Origin: Paraspadella gotoi
Lineage: Eukaryota; Animalia; Chaetognatha
Reading direction: 5' to 3'
Assembly: GCA_051294375.1 (NCBI GenBank)
Contig: CM119265.1
Coordinates: forward strand, 469,133 to 481,386
Length of the DNA stretch: 12,254 bases
Under the pieces are notes generated by a model. The model did no database searches. It had not been told where the DNA came from and saw only the letters and a list, made by a program, of their open reading frames with translations. How positions within the stretch are numbered: the first letter of the stretch is position 1; each line of letters opens with the position of its first letter. Of this stretch, positions 1 through 9,165 are shown piece after piece. A program made the position numbers and the translations under genes.

Positions 1-1350
1 GTTAACGCCCTGCTCCTTCCTCGGTCCGCCTATCTCGTGGACGCCGACGGCGTCATCATCGATTTGCCGCAGAAGCTCCATGACGCCCTCGACAGCAAAA
101 AGCCACTGTCGCCGAAGGAGGTGAACGCTGCCTTCAAGGACACCCTGCGCATCGTCAACGACTCCGCAAGGGAAATAGCAAACGTCAAGAGCCTCCTACG
201 ACAGCAGACGGCCCGCATCGATACGGTCGTCGCCTCAGTGAATGACGCGAACGCCGCCGTTACCTTGATCAACGCAAAGTTCGACGCCGCTTTCACTGAC
301 CTGAAAGCGATATTCTTAGGCGGCTCCGCNNNNNNNNNNNNNNNNNNNNNNNNNCGCCCCCGACCATACGCTCCGCCCCGTGGCCGTGCCCACGTCAACC
401 ACGACCGCCTCCACCTTAGTGGAACCGCCCAGAAGGCTCTCCGGCCAAGCAATCAAGCTGGAAAAACGCCGCGCGGATGAGAAACCTGAAGAGTTCCTCA
501 TGGGAGTATACAAAACCCTACGCGATTGCGGCGAAGACCCAAAGATCGATGATCAACTCAAGGCCCTTCTCGCCCGCGATGAGGAAGCCAGTGTGTTCAT
601 CGACCCGATAGACGGCAGTCTCTGGCGCGGCCTAAAAGAAATGTGCGAGTCAACGTCGGTTGGGATCTTAGAAGCCTCGGCTAGTATCTCCGTAGTCGTC
701 GACCCCGTCGTCCACTCCAAATTCGGTCTAGCGTTAGTAAACACGGTTTACCGCCACTTCGACTATGTCGCCCGGAAGAACGCCCGGCGATCGCCCGTCA
801 TGTCGCACGCCTACTCACCACGGCGCTGGAACCTTACGCTCCGGGAATCACGGCAGAATCAATGAAGTTCCGCCGCCTTATCGCCGACGGAAATCGACGC
901 GAACTCGGCTCTATCATCGAATGGAAATTGCGCGGCTACCTGAATTCCCGCGGAATGGATGCCTCGTCCCGCCGATTCATCAACTCGGTAAAAGAAGACG
1001 ACCGCCAAGTACTCACGGACTCCCTCCTGAAGAAGGGCCTGTCGGACAAAGATCCCGGCGACAGCGCCAACGCCCTTTACCAAGGCACAATGGTGCAGGA
1101 AGCAAACAACCAAAGGGAGCTCCTGGAAAAGATGGCAAAATCTATGGCAAAGATGGAAAAGGCGATGGCTGAGTCCCGTTCAGCTGAAGAACGGAAATGG
1201 AAACCAGCGCCCTCTCGTGAATTCCGCCGCGAGGACCGCCGCACTGACCGAAGAAATTTTGGCGAGGACAGCCGCTGGACAAACAGGCGTAAAGAACAAC
1301 CTCGAAATGGTAGAACGGGCAGATTTGAAGCGAAGAGGCGTGATTTTCTT
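1..1350 (+). CDS. gag: Gag-like region (fragmented: frame open from base 1, N gap, ORF 380..865, start of ORF 862..2046)
   Basis: Located upstream of the protease; N-terminal coiled-coil-like segment (AREIANVKSLLRQQTARIDTVVASV), helical capsid-like middle, Arg-rich basic segment (REFRREDRRTDRR...GRTGRFEAKRR). No CCHC knuckle. Assignment is mainly positional. Confidence 0.6.
330..354. other. Assembly gap (25 N)
   Basis: Run of 25 N. Confidence 0.99.
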
Positions 1351-2162
1351 GTTGACGCTGACGACGATGATGACATTATTGCTGTGAAAAATAAAAACTG
1401 TGAAAATTACAAATCGTTTTCAGAAGAAAGGGAACAGACAGAACAAAATGTCAAAAGACAAAACAAAATGGCCGAGCTAGCAAAGGAGATGGCCATTAGA
1501 TTACAGAAACTGACTGAAAAGCTCCCTCCGATAAAAAGGATGCCACCCTTAGACGACATCGCGACAAACGCACTGTTGCTAGGCGGTCACAGTGCCCCTA
1601 GCCGAATACGTAAGTTGTTCACACCTTTAAAAACAGTCGCAAAATGCGCCTTAGTTACGGAAATGGCACAAAAAGCAGCTGAAATATGGCCTTCTGCCAA
1701 GGAAGGGAGGAGAAGAGCAATAGTGAAAAGGATCAGATTCTGTGAGAAGCTCTGTACCCCTCCGCCGGAGATTACAGCAACTGTAGAGAAACCGGAAACC
1801 CCTCGTCAAGACGCCGACGCGCTGGCCCGCCTGAGGCAAAAGCCGTCGATGCCACGTCGTGCGTGGCACCGTCTCCGTCCGTCTCCGCACGCACAATCCG
1901 TGCGATGCCGCCGTCTGCTTTACAACCCTACCTACGAGATAGTCGGCACCAGGGATGGCGAGTCTCTGCACAAGGCCACAGTTGACCGAGCTGAAAGAGA
2001 ATGCCATGAGCCAGAAGTATACCCGGCGCCACCTTCGCCCCAATAACCTCCAAAGACGAGGTTCCGCTTCCGCCGCTTCCGGATGCCCCGGTTACGAGCC
2101 CGGCGGCCCCAGGTCCTCCGCCGCCTCGGGACGACACAAATCGCCCAATTGCTTCCGCAAGA
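1351..2162 (+). CDS. Gag-Pol spacer of unknown function (rest of ORF 862..2046 plus Pro-rich linker in the protease frame)
   Basis: ORF 862..2046 stays open; the protease frame is open from 2010 (after TGA 2007-2009) and reads ITSKDEVPLPPLPDAPVTSPAAPGPPPP into the protease. Confidence 0.5.
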
Positions 2163-2435
2163 AACAATTATATTCCAGCGGTTATCAACGGTGCACCCGC
2201 TAGTTGCCTTTACGACACGGGCGCCTCCATAAACACGATTCCCAGTCGTTACGTAGATGAATGGTCGCTCCGCGACAAAATCACCCAAGGCCCGCCGATT
2301 CGAGTCACCACAGGAAATGGAATCGTATTCGTCCGTGATCGCCTAAAGCTAAAAGTCATGTTTCAAAACTGGACCTTAGACACTACCTTTTTTGTGTCCC
2401 CAGACGAAGAAGACCGAGACGTTGTCATCGGCACA
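2163..2435 (+). CDS. pol: Retropepsin-type aspartic protease domain of Pol
   Basis: The frame of ORF 2358..2765 extended upstream reads NNYIPAVINGAPASCLYDTGASINTI...RVTTGNG...DVVIGT. Catalytic DTG at 2214-2222, plus flap and terminal IG motif. Confidence 0.92.
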
Positions 2436-3079
2436 GCAACCACAGACCCAGGCCCACCTCATGAGCTATGGGTCGTCACCCCGTCGGAAAGTGGTCTCCA
2501 AGTCGCCCACATGGCAGGAAAACCAATTACTCACCTCCTCAAAAGAAACAAGCGGCGCTCCGCGCCGCCAGATGGCTGGCCCGTCAATCCGTCGATGCCA
2601 TTTCTGCCATCCCTCTTTTCGCCGAAGCACAAACCCCAGGTCGAGTTTTGGTTAGAGCGGCGAGAGTATATTGGAAAACACTCGCAGATGCGAAATGGAT
2701 CATCGAATCATCAGGCAAGGACGCCGCCTGCTCAGTCGACGGAGCAAACCTCCGCTCAGGCGTAAACCTCCCTGGAACGCCTGGTCGATGGGGCAGCGCA
2801 AAGATCATCATCACAGAAGAGGCCCAGAAACGACTCCAGCTCCCGCCTCAGACACAGCGAAACCAGTCACTGCCGACCTGTCGGGTGAGAAACCAAAATT
2901 AAGGAAAATTAGAAAAACTGATATTCCGCCAACGAAAATAGTAAAACACTCACCCTCAGACACAGAGCTGAGAGCAGTAGAAGAAGCGCGCGACAGACGT
3001 AGACAAAAACATGACGAGCGCGGGAAAGAGGAATTCCTCAGACCGTTTAAGGAGATAGACCCGTCCCTCGCCGACAAAG

Positions 3080-4115
3080 CCCCCATCGTATGGGAGGCCG
3101 TATGGGATTTCCGCGACGTTTTCGGCGATTCCATAAACGACTGCAAAGAAGGTTTTCTAAATTACAAGGTAGATCTAGGCTTCACCATGGATGACTTGCC
3201 TAAGCCACGTTTTGTAAACCAAGGCCCCGTCAAAAAAGCCGCCTTAAAAAGATACCTGGAAGTTTATGAAAAAGCTGGCGTCGTCTCCAGGACATCAGGT
3301 GAGGCTTATTCAAATGCTTTCCTCATAAAGAAGCCAAACCACATCAGCCAAGGGCAAGACAATATGGATGACGAGACTTTCGCGAAACAGTGGCGCTTGA
3401 TCTGCGATTTATCCGCGGTAAATGAAAACATATCGACCTACGCCACAGAACCACAAACGATCTCGGCCATCTTAGAGGAATACAAGCCTCACGAACTCCA
3501 ATGCTCGGTAGACATCCTTGCCTGCTTTCACCAAGTAAACCTGACTGACAACTGTAAACCCATCACCCCTTCGCAGGAGCAGGACATAACTGGGAGATGA
3601 ATAAATTGCCAATGGGCGGAATAAACAGCATAAACGTCCTCCAAGCCATCCTCGATGAAATATTCGCAGACCTCGGCAGAGATGTAAAATCTTTTCTCAT
3701 TTACGTCGATGACCTCATCCTCACAGCTAAAGATCCGGAAGAGATGGCACTCAGACTCCGCGAATTTTTGTCAATTTGTAGAAGAGAAAACGTCGTCCTA
3801 AAGTGGACGAAAAGTGTACTGTTGAGAAAGGACGACATCAAAATACTGGGGTTTAGTATTTCCAAGGATAAATTAAAACCCCAACGTGAAAAGATGGAAC
3901 AGGCCGAACTCAAGTTAAAAGAGTTGAAATCCCAGAAGGACCTACGAGCTCTCCTTGCCTCTCTCAACTACTACCGGTGCTTCACTCACCGCTTTTCCTA
4001 CCTCGCGCAACCACTCCACGCCCTCACCCTGCTTGATAGAAAAGACTTTAAGTTCACCGACGCCCATCGAGCGAGCCTAAACACGTTAATAACTGAAATT
4101 AAATCACCCCAGGCT
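3080..4115 (+). CDS. pol: Reverse transcriptase (split by 1-nt frameshift near 3567)
   Basis: YSNAFLIKKP, WRLICDLSAVN, SVDILACFHQV, (TAF)AGAGHNWEMNKLPMG, IYVDDLI (YVDD 3702-3713), ILGFSI, LNYYRCF: Gypsy RT palm and thumb motifs. Confidence 0.96.
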
Positions 4116-4149
4116 TAAACTTTTTAAACGATGCAAAAATTAAGAATGG

Positions 4150-4526
4150 AGAATACCGTATATATGCTGAGCCAGCACTAGCGCCATGGGCGGCCTCATC
4201 ACAGCCACAGCTGATGGCGTGGAATACCCTTTGTGCTTCCACTCGAAATCCTTCCCCGACGAATACCGCCTCAAACACATAAACATCCTAGAAACTCTCG
4301 CTTTCAACATGATGGTCAGACGCTTTAAGGGATACATATGTGGAAGAAGAGTATCGCTAATTACAGACTCTCAATACTTTAAACGCATCATGGATCTACA
4401 ACATGATAAACAACAGCTCCTACCACCAACGTCCTTCGCTGGATCACGGAAATCCGGCAAGAATGCCACCCACAGGAGATCATACTAGTGAAAAGCGAGG
4501 ATAACCCCGCAGATTTCCTTACCCGC
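4150..4526 (+). CDS. pol: RNase H domain of Pol (frameshifted)
   Basis: Across 1-nt indels: YRIYA(D)ASTSAMGG, FHSKSF, ILETLAF, LITDSQ, LRWITEI, KSEDNPADFLTR: the D-E-D...D RNase H pattern of Gypsy elements. Confidence 0.9.
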
Positions 4527-4639
4527 TTCACTGATCAAGGACAGATCACGCCGCTCGACACCCCCTTTTGGCCAGCAGGATTTGATTGTACAGGACCTAC
4601 GTTCCCGGCTTCTCAGAGTGCCCAATATCCGGAGCGTCG

Positions 4640-5035
4640 TGGCCGGGTCATCTTGAGCTCCACACCGGCGGCGCTCCAACGATAGCCCTCGTCGCCGCCA
4701 CGCTAGGTGTCGATGAAAAATCTTTTCGAAAGAAATTTTTCGAATTTGTACGAAAAGAATTTCCCCAGCGCCAAGCAAACGCCGAACGTTTGTACGGAAA
4801 ACCGAAAACGAAAAATGCAGACGCCTTCATCCGGACGATTTCAGCAAAAGACTGGAACCTGGGACATCCCGAACTCGAATTGCTGGCGGAGATGTCCGGT
4901 ATCTGCATTAAAATATTAGATGAGGATTTCACAGTGCCATCAGGCTGCAAATTCGTTAAAACTTATGGGGAAGAAACAAACCGAACACTCCAGATTTTCG
5001 CACGCTAACGGGTCAGGTCTCCCTCATTCAGGACT
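4640..5035 (+). CDS. OTU-like (ovarian tumour cysteine protease fold) domain inserted in Pol
   Basis: ORF 4586..5008: ALVAATLG...FRKKFFEFVR...FIRTISAKDWNLGHPELELLAEMSGICIKIL...YGE...LQIF, then after a shift HANGSGLPH (His 5025-5027). Matches the OTU layout; the catalytic Cys is not recoverable in frame. Confidence 0.55.
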
Positions 5036-5145
5036 CCCCTCCCGATGCATACCTCCGCGCACTCGCCGGACAAGAAGAATCCGGCGACGAGACCGACGAC
5101 GCCATCGTCGTTACAATAGCGGAGCTCGAGCGACTGAAAAAGGCC

Positions 5146-5169
5146 CCAAAGAAGCGAGGTCGACCAAAA
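5146..5169 (+). other. AT-hook motif (PKKRGRPK) in Pol linker
   Basis: cca aag aag cga ggt cga cca aaa in a frame open from at least 4981 to 5355 that the ORF track does not list; RGRP core flanked by K residues. Confidence 0.65.
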
Positions 5170-5644
5170 ACAATCAAAGCCAAACAAATTGCGGCCGCGA
5201 ATCTCCCTCGAGACACCGTCCTTATTAAATTCAACCCACTTCCGGATGACGAGGAAAACAATGAAAACAGCGAAGAGGCGGCCCCGCTGCCATCACCGCC
5301 CCGCGCCGGCCCTCCGCCTTGCTACAGGACTCGTCACCGCCCTCTCACCAGACCCTAACGCAGCGAGAACCGATATCATCCCAGCCGCCCGCCGCTGGCC
5401 CGCCACGAGGCATCACCGACGACCCCGTCGACCCTCGCCGCACCGCGGGGCCGCCGGCGTCGCCGACCCCGCCATCGGCGAAAAATGACGGCTCGCCTAC
5501 GCCTCGCCCGTCCCAAGTGCCGGATCGGCCAGGAACTCCCCCGCGCAGGATGAAGAGCTTGCTTACGACTCCGCCATCGACGCCTCTCTTGACGTTGACG
5601 CCCGCGATCTCGAAGCCGAGCTCCACGACCCGCTCGATCGCGAC

Positions 5645-6958
5645 GTGCGTCTCCTCCCCCTCCGCTCCAACGTGAAATCCTGGCAACAAAATGAGGAAAC
5701 CATCAAATCCGTTGCAACTATTCTCGCGCACCATGGCACCGACGCCGTCAAGGCCCACTTCCGATCCATCCAAGCCAAGGCGCTAACGAAAATGCAAGCC
5801 TTCCTCGCCGCCATCGCAGATGACTTATCTGTCTCAAACGACGGAATCCTCTGCGTAATCGGTTTCCGCGATGAAACAAGAACTTCGAGATTCATTGTCC
5901 CACAAGACAAATTAAGTGACATAATTCGCCGGATCCATGACTACGTTGGCCACCCAGGGCGCGATCGGACCGCCTACATTGTCGCACAGTACGTGGCGGC
6001 GCCCGGCCTCGTCGCCATGTGCTCAAAAGTCGTCCTAAGCTGCGAACCATGCCGCAAAGCCACCGACGAAATGAGGTTCAACGAAACGGAACCAGGCCCA
6101 ACGCATGCGCTAATCCCTTGGGAGTCCTTGTGTATCGACGTCATGCACCTGCCTCCCAGTGGCGGCTTCCAACACGTCCTCGTTGCATCCGATAAAGCTT
6201 CCGCCTACACGTGGGCGTTGCCGATCCGCCGCGCAGACGCCGCCCATATCATCGGAGCACTCGACAAGGCATCTTCTCCCTTCACGGCTCCTTTCTGGAA
6301 ATAAATTTTGACGGGCAACTTCGCTAAACGGCGCCGAGATGCGCAGCATACTGGATCTACTCAACATGAGCGGGAAGCGTGTCCTCGTCTCGAGAAAGAA
6401 CAGCAACCGCGCAGAGAGAGACATTGGGCGCATCCGACAAGCCCTCAGAAAGGCGCTAAATGACGACCCAAACGGTTGGCTCCCCTCGCTGCCTCACCTC
6501 CTCTTAGCGCTAAACGCCACGCCCATTTCCGGTTGGAAAACTGACATGTCACCTCACGAGCTCCAATTCGCCCACCGACCAAGGATCATCGAACCTCCAG
6601 ACGAAACTCTGTACTCGTCGCTCACCGAGTTCGCCAAACAACGCTCAGATAGACAGGACCACGCCCACGAACGCGTCGCAGCGCAGCGAATCGGCCGCCA
6701 CCGATACACGCACAGGAATAATCGCCTGCGACACCCGAAGCGACTCTCAGTGGGAGACCTCGTGTATGTCCGACGCGACCTCGTCCGCACGGGCGCCGCC
6801 CCCAGCGCGAGCAAGGTAAAATCGGTTTACACCGGTCCACATAAAATCGTCCAGATCGACGGAAACCACTTTAAAGTGGACGTTGGAGGCGCCATTTCGT
6901 TTATCACCGTCGCCGCCTGAAAGCAGTCGATCGCGATTCACAAACTTTCTCTTACTAA
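5645..6958 (+). CDS. pol: Integrase (HHCC zinc finger, DDE core, GPY/F-like C-terminus), frameshifted
   Basis: HDYVGH (5936-5953)...CEPC (6041); CIDVM (D 6137); INFDG (D 6310, alternate frame); NRAER (E 6414); YTGPHKI; after a final shift YHRRRLKAV...stop TAA 6956-6958. No chromodomain seen. Confidence 0.95.
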
Positions 6959-7022
6959 AAGCGTCACCGGCAAATCCTCAAACAGCGAAAGGAAAGCAGA
7001 TAAGAAATGTACAGCAAATCTA

Positions 7023-7069
7023 TCTCTCTCTCTCTCTCTCTCCCTCTCTCCCTCTCTCTCCCTCTCCCC
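7023..7069 (+). repeat. (CT)n-like polypyrimidine tract
   Basis: tctctctctctctctctctccctctctccctctctctccctctcccc. Confidence 0.95.
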
Positions 7070-7070
7070 A

Positions 7071-7077
7071 CTTTCAG
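7071..7077 (+). promoter_or_regulatory. Candidate 3' splice acceptor for an env mRNA
   Basis: CTTTCAG directly after a ~47-nt pyrimidine tract; the next downstream ATG is the env start at 7334. Confidence 0.4.
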
Positions 7078-7216
7078 CCGAACCCTCATCTCTCCTCTTA
7101 ACGCTCAACTCTGACCCACTTTTCCACGAGATACTCTCGCGGCCGGGAAGGGGGTAAGATCCATCAAGCTCTCGCCCCGGCTTATCACTTGCCGGCTGTT
7201 ATCTCAACAACTTTTC

Positions 7217-7239
7217 AAAAAAAAAAAAAAAAAAAAAAA
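7217..7239 (+). repeat. Poly(A) run starting an A-rich leader upstream of env
   Basis: Homopolymer of ~23 A followed by A-rich sequence up to 7333. Confidence 0.9.
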
Positions 7240-7333
7240 GAAACAAAGAGGAAAGATAAATAAGCAAATACAAAAGTTATCGTAAAAACATTTCCAAACA
7301 AAGAAAAGAAAGAAAAGGATTTTCAAAGGAAAA

Positions 7334-8750
7334 ATGTCGATTACTAAAATCCTCGCCATCGCTCTAATCATCGCGAGTATCCACCTACTCGAAACCAACG
7401 CCACCTTACCTTTCGATCGAAAAGTTATCCTGGCAAAAATGAGCTACAGAGACAAGTAGTAGTTTACGACTGCAATCAAACATCTGATCACGCCGCCGTA
7501 GCGATAGACGAAGGAAAATGCGAAGAAGCGGGAAAAGTCGAAGAAAGCTTCAGAGAAATAAAAATTATCTATGTGCCGAAAAATTCAGAAACGACGTCAA
7601 AGGCTGCGATCTCACCATCGTCGCCACGGGGAAATACTGTGGCAGATGGTCAATAACCTATCCAAACATCGACGTCATCGATCATTTTTCCATCCGCGAA
7701 GCCAATGTCTAGATCTGCACGCTGGACGAACCATCTCGCTCGACTCCATCCCGATACGCACGTCTGATGACACGGGAGTCTTCCGCCCCATTCGAATGCG
7801 CGGCGCCATGGGAACAATATCGTCACCCATAGGATCGGCACAAACGACGCGGACGGCGCCTGTACAGGGGAAAAATTCAAATTTCATGATCACGCGTATG
7901 AGAGTGAAAACGCAAAACTAATCTCGAACTTAACGCTATATTCGCTCCAAGGTGAAGATCAGCGGAGATGAAACCTCAAAGAACGGCCGCTGCAACCTTC
8001 GCCCAGCGCCAATGTGTTTACCCGGGCGGCATTCTTTGCCTGGGACGACAGCGGCTGCAGGGCGAAGATTGCTTACGAGGGAGGAATATTTCAAAGTCAT
8101 GACGGTTTCATCCGGACGCCAACGCTAGCAGACAGGCGTCGCGCGCTAGGCAAATGCGCGCCGGCCGAAGGAACCCCTTGCAACGATAACAACATCGCCT
8201 CTTTCGCTGGCAAGCCAGGCTGCTGGTCCCGCTGCGCCATTTTCCTCCACCGAAACAACAACGCAGGCGATCACGCGGAAACCATCGAACGCTGTCGCAT
8301 CGCCTGCGCCCCGCTTCCAAGCGGCGCCTTCACCCTCCGCATCGCAGGCAAAGAAGAAACACTTCGTGGCTGCAGGTCCCGCGCGGCGGCCACCTCGTCG
8401 CCGCATTTCTTTGTGACGTCACAAAGTGCCTCAACGTCGCTCGACGTCGATCCTTCAACACTCAGTTCGCTAGTCGAAATATCATCGAGGCTCGCTGAAC
8501 GCAACCAAGACCGCCTCGACCGACTCACGGACGCCCTGCGCCGCGATTGTGCGTTGCAAAAAACGCAAGCGGCGAGATTGCCGCCGAACGCGCCACCTCT
8601 CGCCCGCCTCCACTACCTTCATTGGCAAAGGCCAATGGCGATCCTCCAGGGGAACTCCTCCTGACGGCGACGTGCGAGCGCACGCTGGCGCTGCGCCGCC
8701 AAACGGACGGCTGTTTACCACGATCTCCCCATTAGCTACAAGGGGTCACG
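7334..8750 (+). CDS. env: Env-like class III fusion glycoprotein (chuvirus G / herpes gB-like), frameshifted, C-terminus missing
   Basis: ATG 7334 gives signal peptide MSITKILAIALIIASIHLLETNA. Stitched frames give VYDCNQT (7465-7473), GKC, GCDLTIVATGKYCGRWS, QCLDLHAG, GTNDADGACTG, GRCNL..QC..FAWDDSGCRAKIAYEG, FTLR...GC...TSSPHFFV, long helix ending RRDCALQK, GELLLTATCER...DGC(Y)HDLPI. N-glycosylation sequons NQT and NLT. No TM segment before the break. Confidence 0.8.
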
Positions 8751-8893
8751 CCGCGTTCCGCATGCCGTGTTCCATCATGTGGTAAATGTCGTCGGGTTTT
8801 AGCTTGGCATGAGATAAAAGGTTAGGGTTAGGGCAAAAAAAATGGCCTGCTGTAAATCATCGCAGAGGAATCAAGACTCCAGAATCGAAATCG

Positions 8894-8918
8894 NNNNNNN
8901 NNNNNNNNNNNNNNNNNN
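8894..8918. other. Assembly gap (25 N)
   Basis: Run of 25 N. Confidence 0.99.
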
Positions 8919-8939
8919 TAATGTCGCACAATGACTCAA

Positions 8940-9075
8940 AACGTTGTGCGCCACGCTCAACCCACGAGATCCGCACTCCGCCTTAGGTTGGAAAATAACC
9001 GCCCAGAAACGGTCTCTCCGGCCAGCAATTAAGCTGGGTAAAAACGCCGCGCGGATGAGAAACCTTGGAAAGACG
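8940..9075 (+). repeat. Insertion-riddled second copy of gag segment ~380-500
   Basis: Shares accgcccagaa, ctctccggcca, aagctgg, aaaaacgccgcgcggatgagaaacct with 424-487, with extra inserted bases. Confidence 0.85.
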
Positions 9076-9165
9076 TTCGCCTCAATTTAAGGTAGTAAGT
9101 AAATATTTCTAAAATTTAACTTTAATTAAACATTCTCAACGAAAGCTGCATTGCCCTTTGAGCAT

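Larger units (their letters stand above)
1..8750 (+). mobile_element. Ty3/Gypsy-type LTR retroelement with env-like ORF3 (endogenous retrovirus-like); 5' end outside window, 3' end truncated
   Basis: Domain order PR-RT-RNaseH-IN (Gypsy order) reconstructed across frameshifts, preceded by a gag-like region and followed by a signal-peptide-bearing Cys-rich ORF. No LTR of this element identified in the window. Confidence 0.93.

Noticed and set aside
1254-1260. In-frame slippery heptamer A AAT TTT as a gag-pol -1 frameshift site
   Set aside because: The -1 frame stops after about 10 codons while the zero frame stays open to 2046
1845-1950. dUTPase-like strand pattern (GTVSVRLRTHNPCDAAVCF) in an alternate frame
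   Set aside because: None of the conserved dUTPase motifs is recognisable; too short to support
5345-5922. Antisense ORFs over pol (also 1651-2288, 8108-8721) and plus-strand ORFs over element 2
   Set aside because: Shadow ORFs of GC-rich coding sequence with no recognisable motifs
7217-7239. Poly(A) as the tail of an inserted SINE/LINE or retrocopy
   Set aside because: No target-site duplication or upstream element body seen; it merges into an A-rich leader
8822-8833. (TTAGGG)2 telomere-like repeat, also at 9792-9803
   Set aside because: Only two units each; the first lies in noisy sequence whose duplicate lacks it
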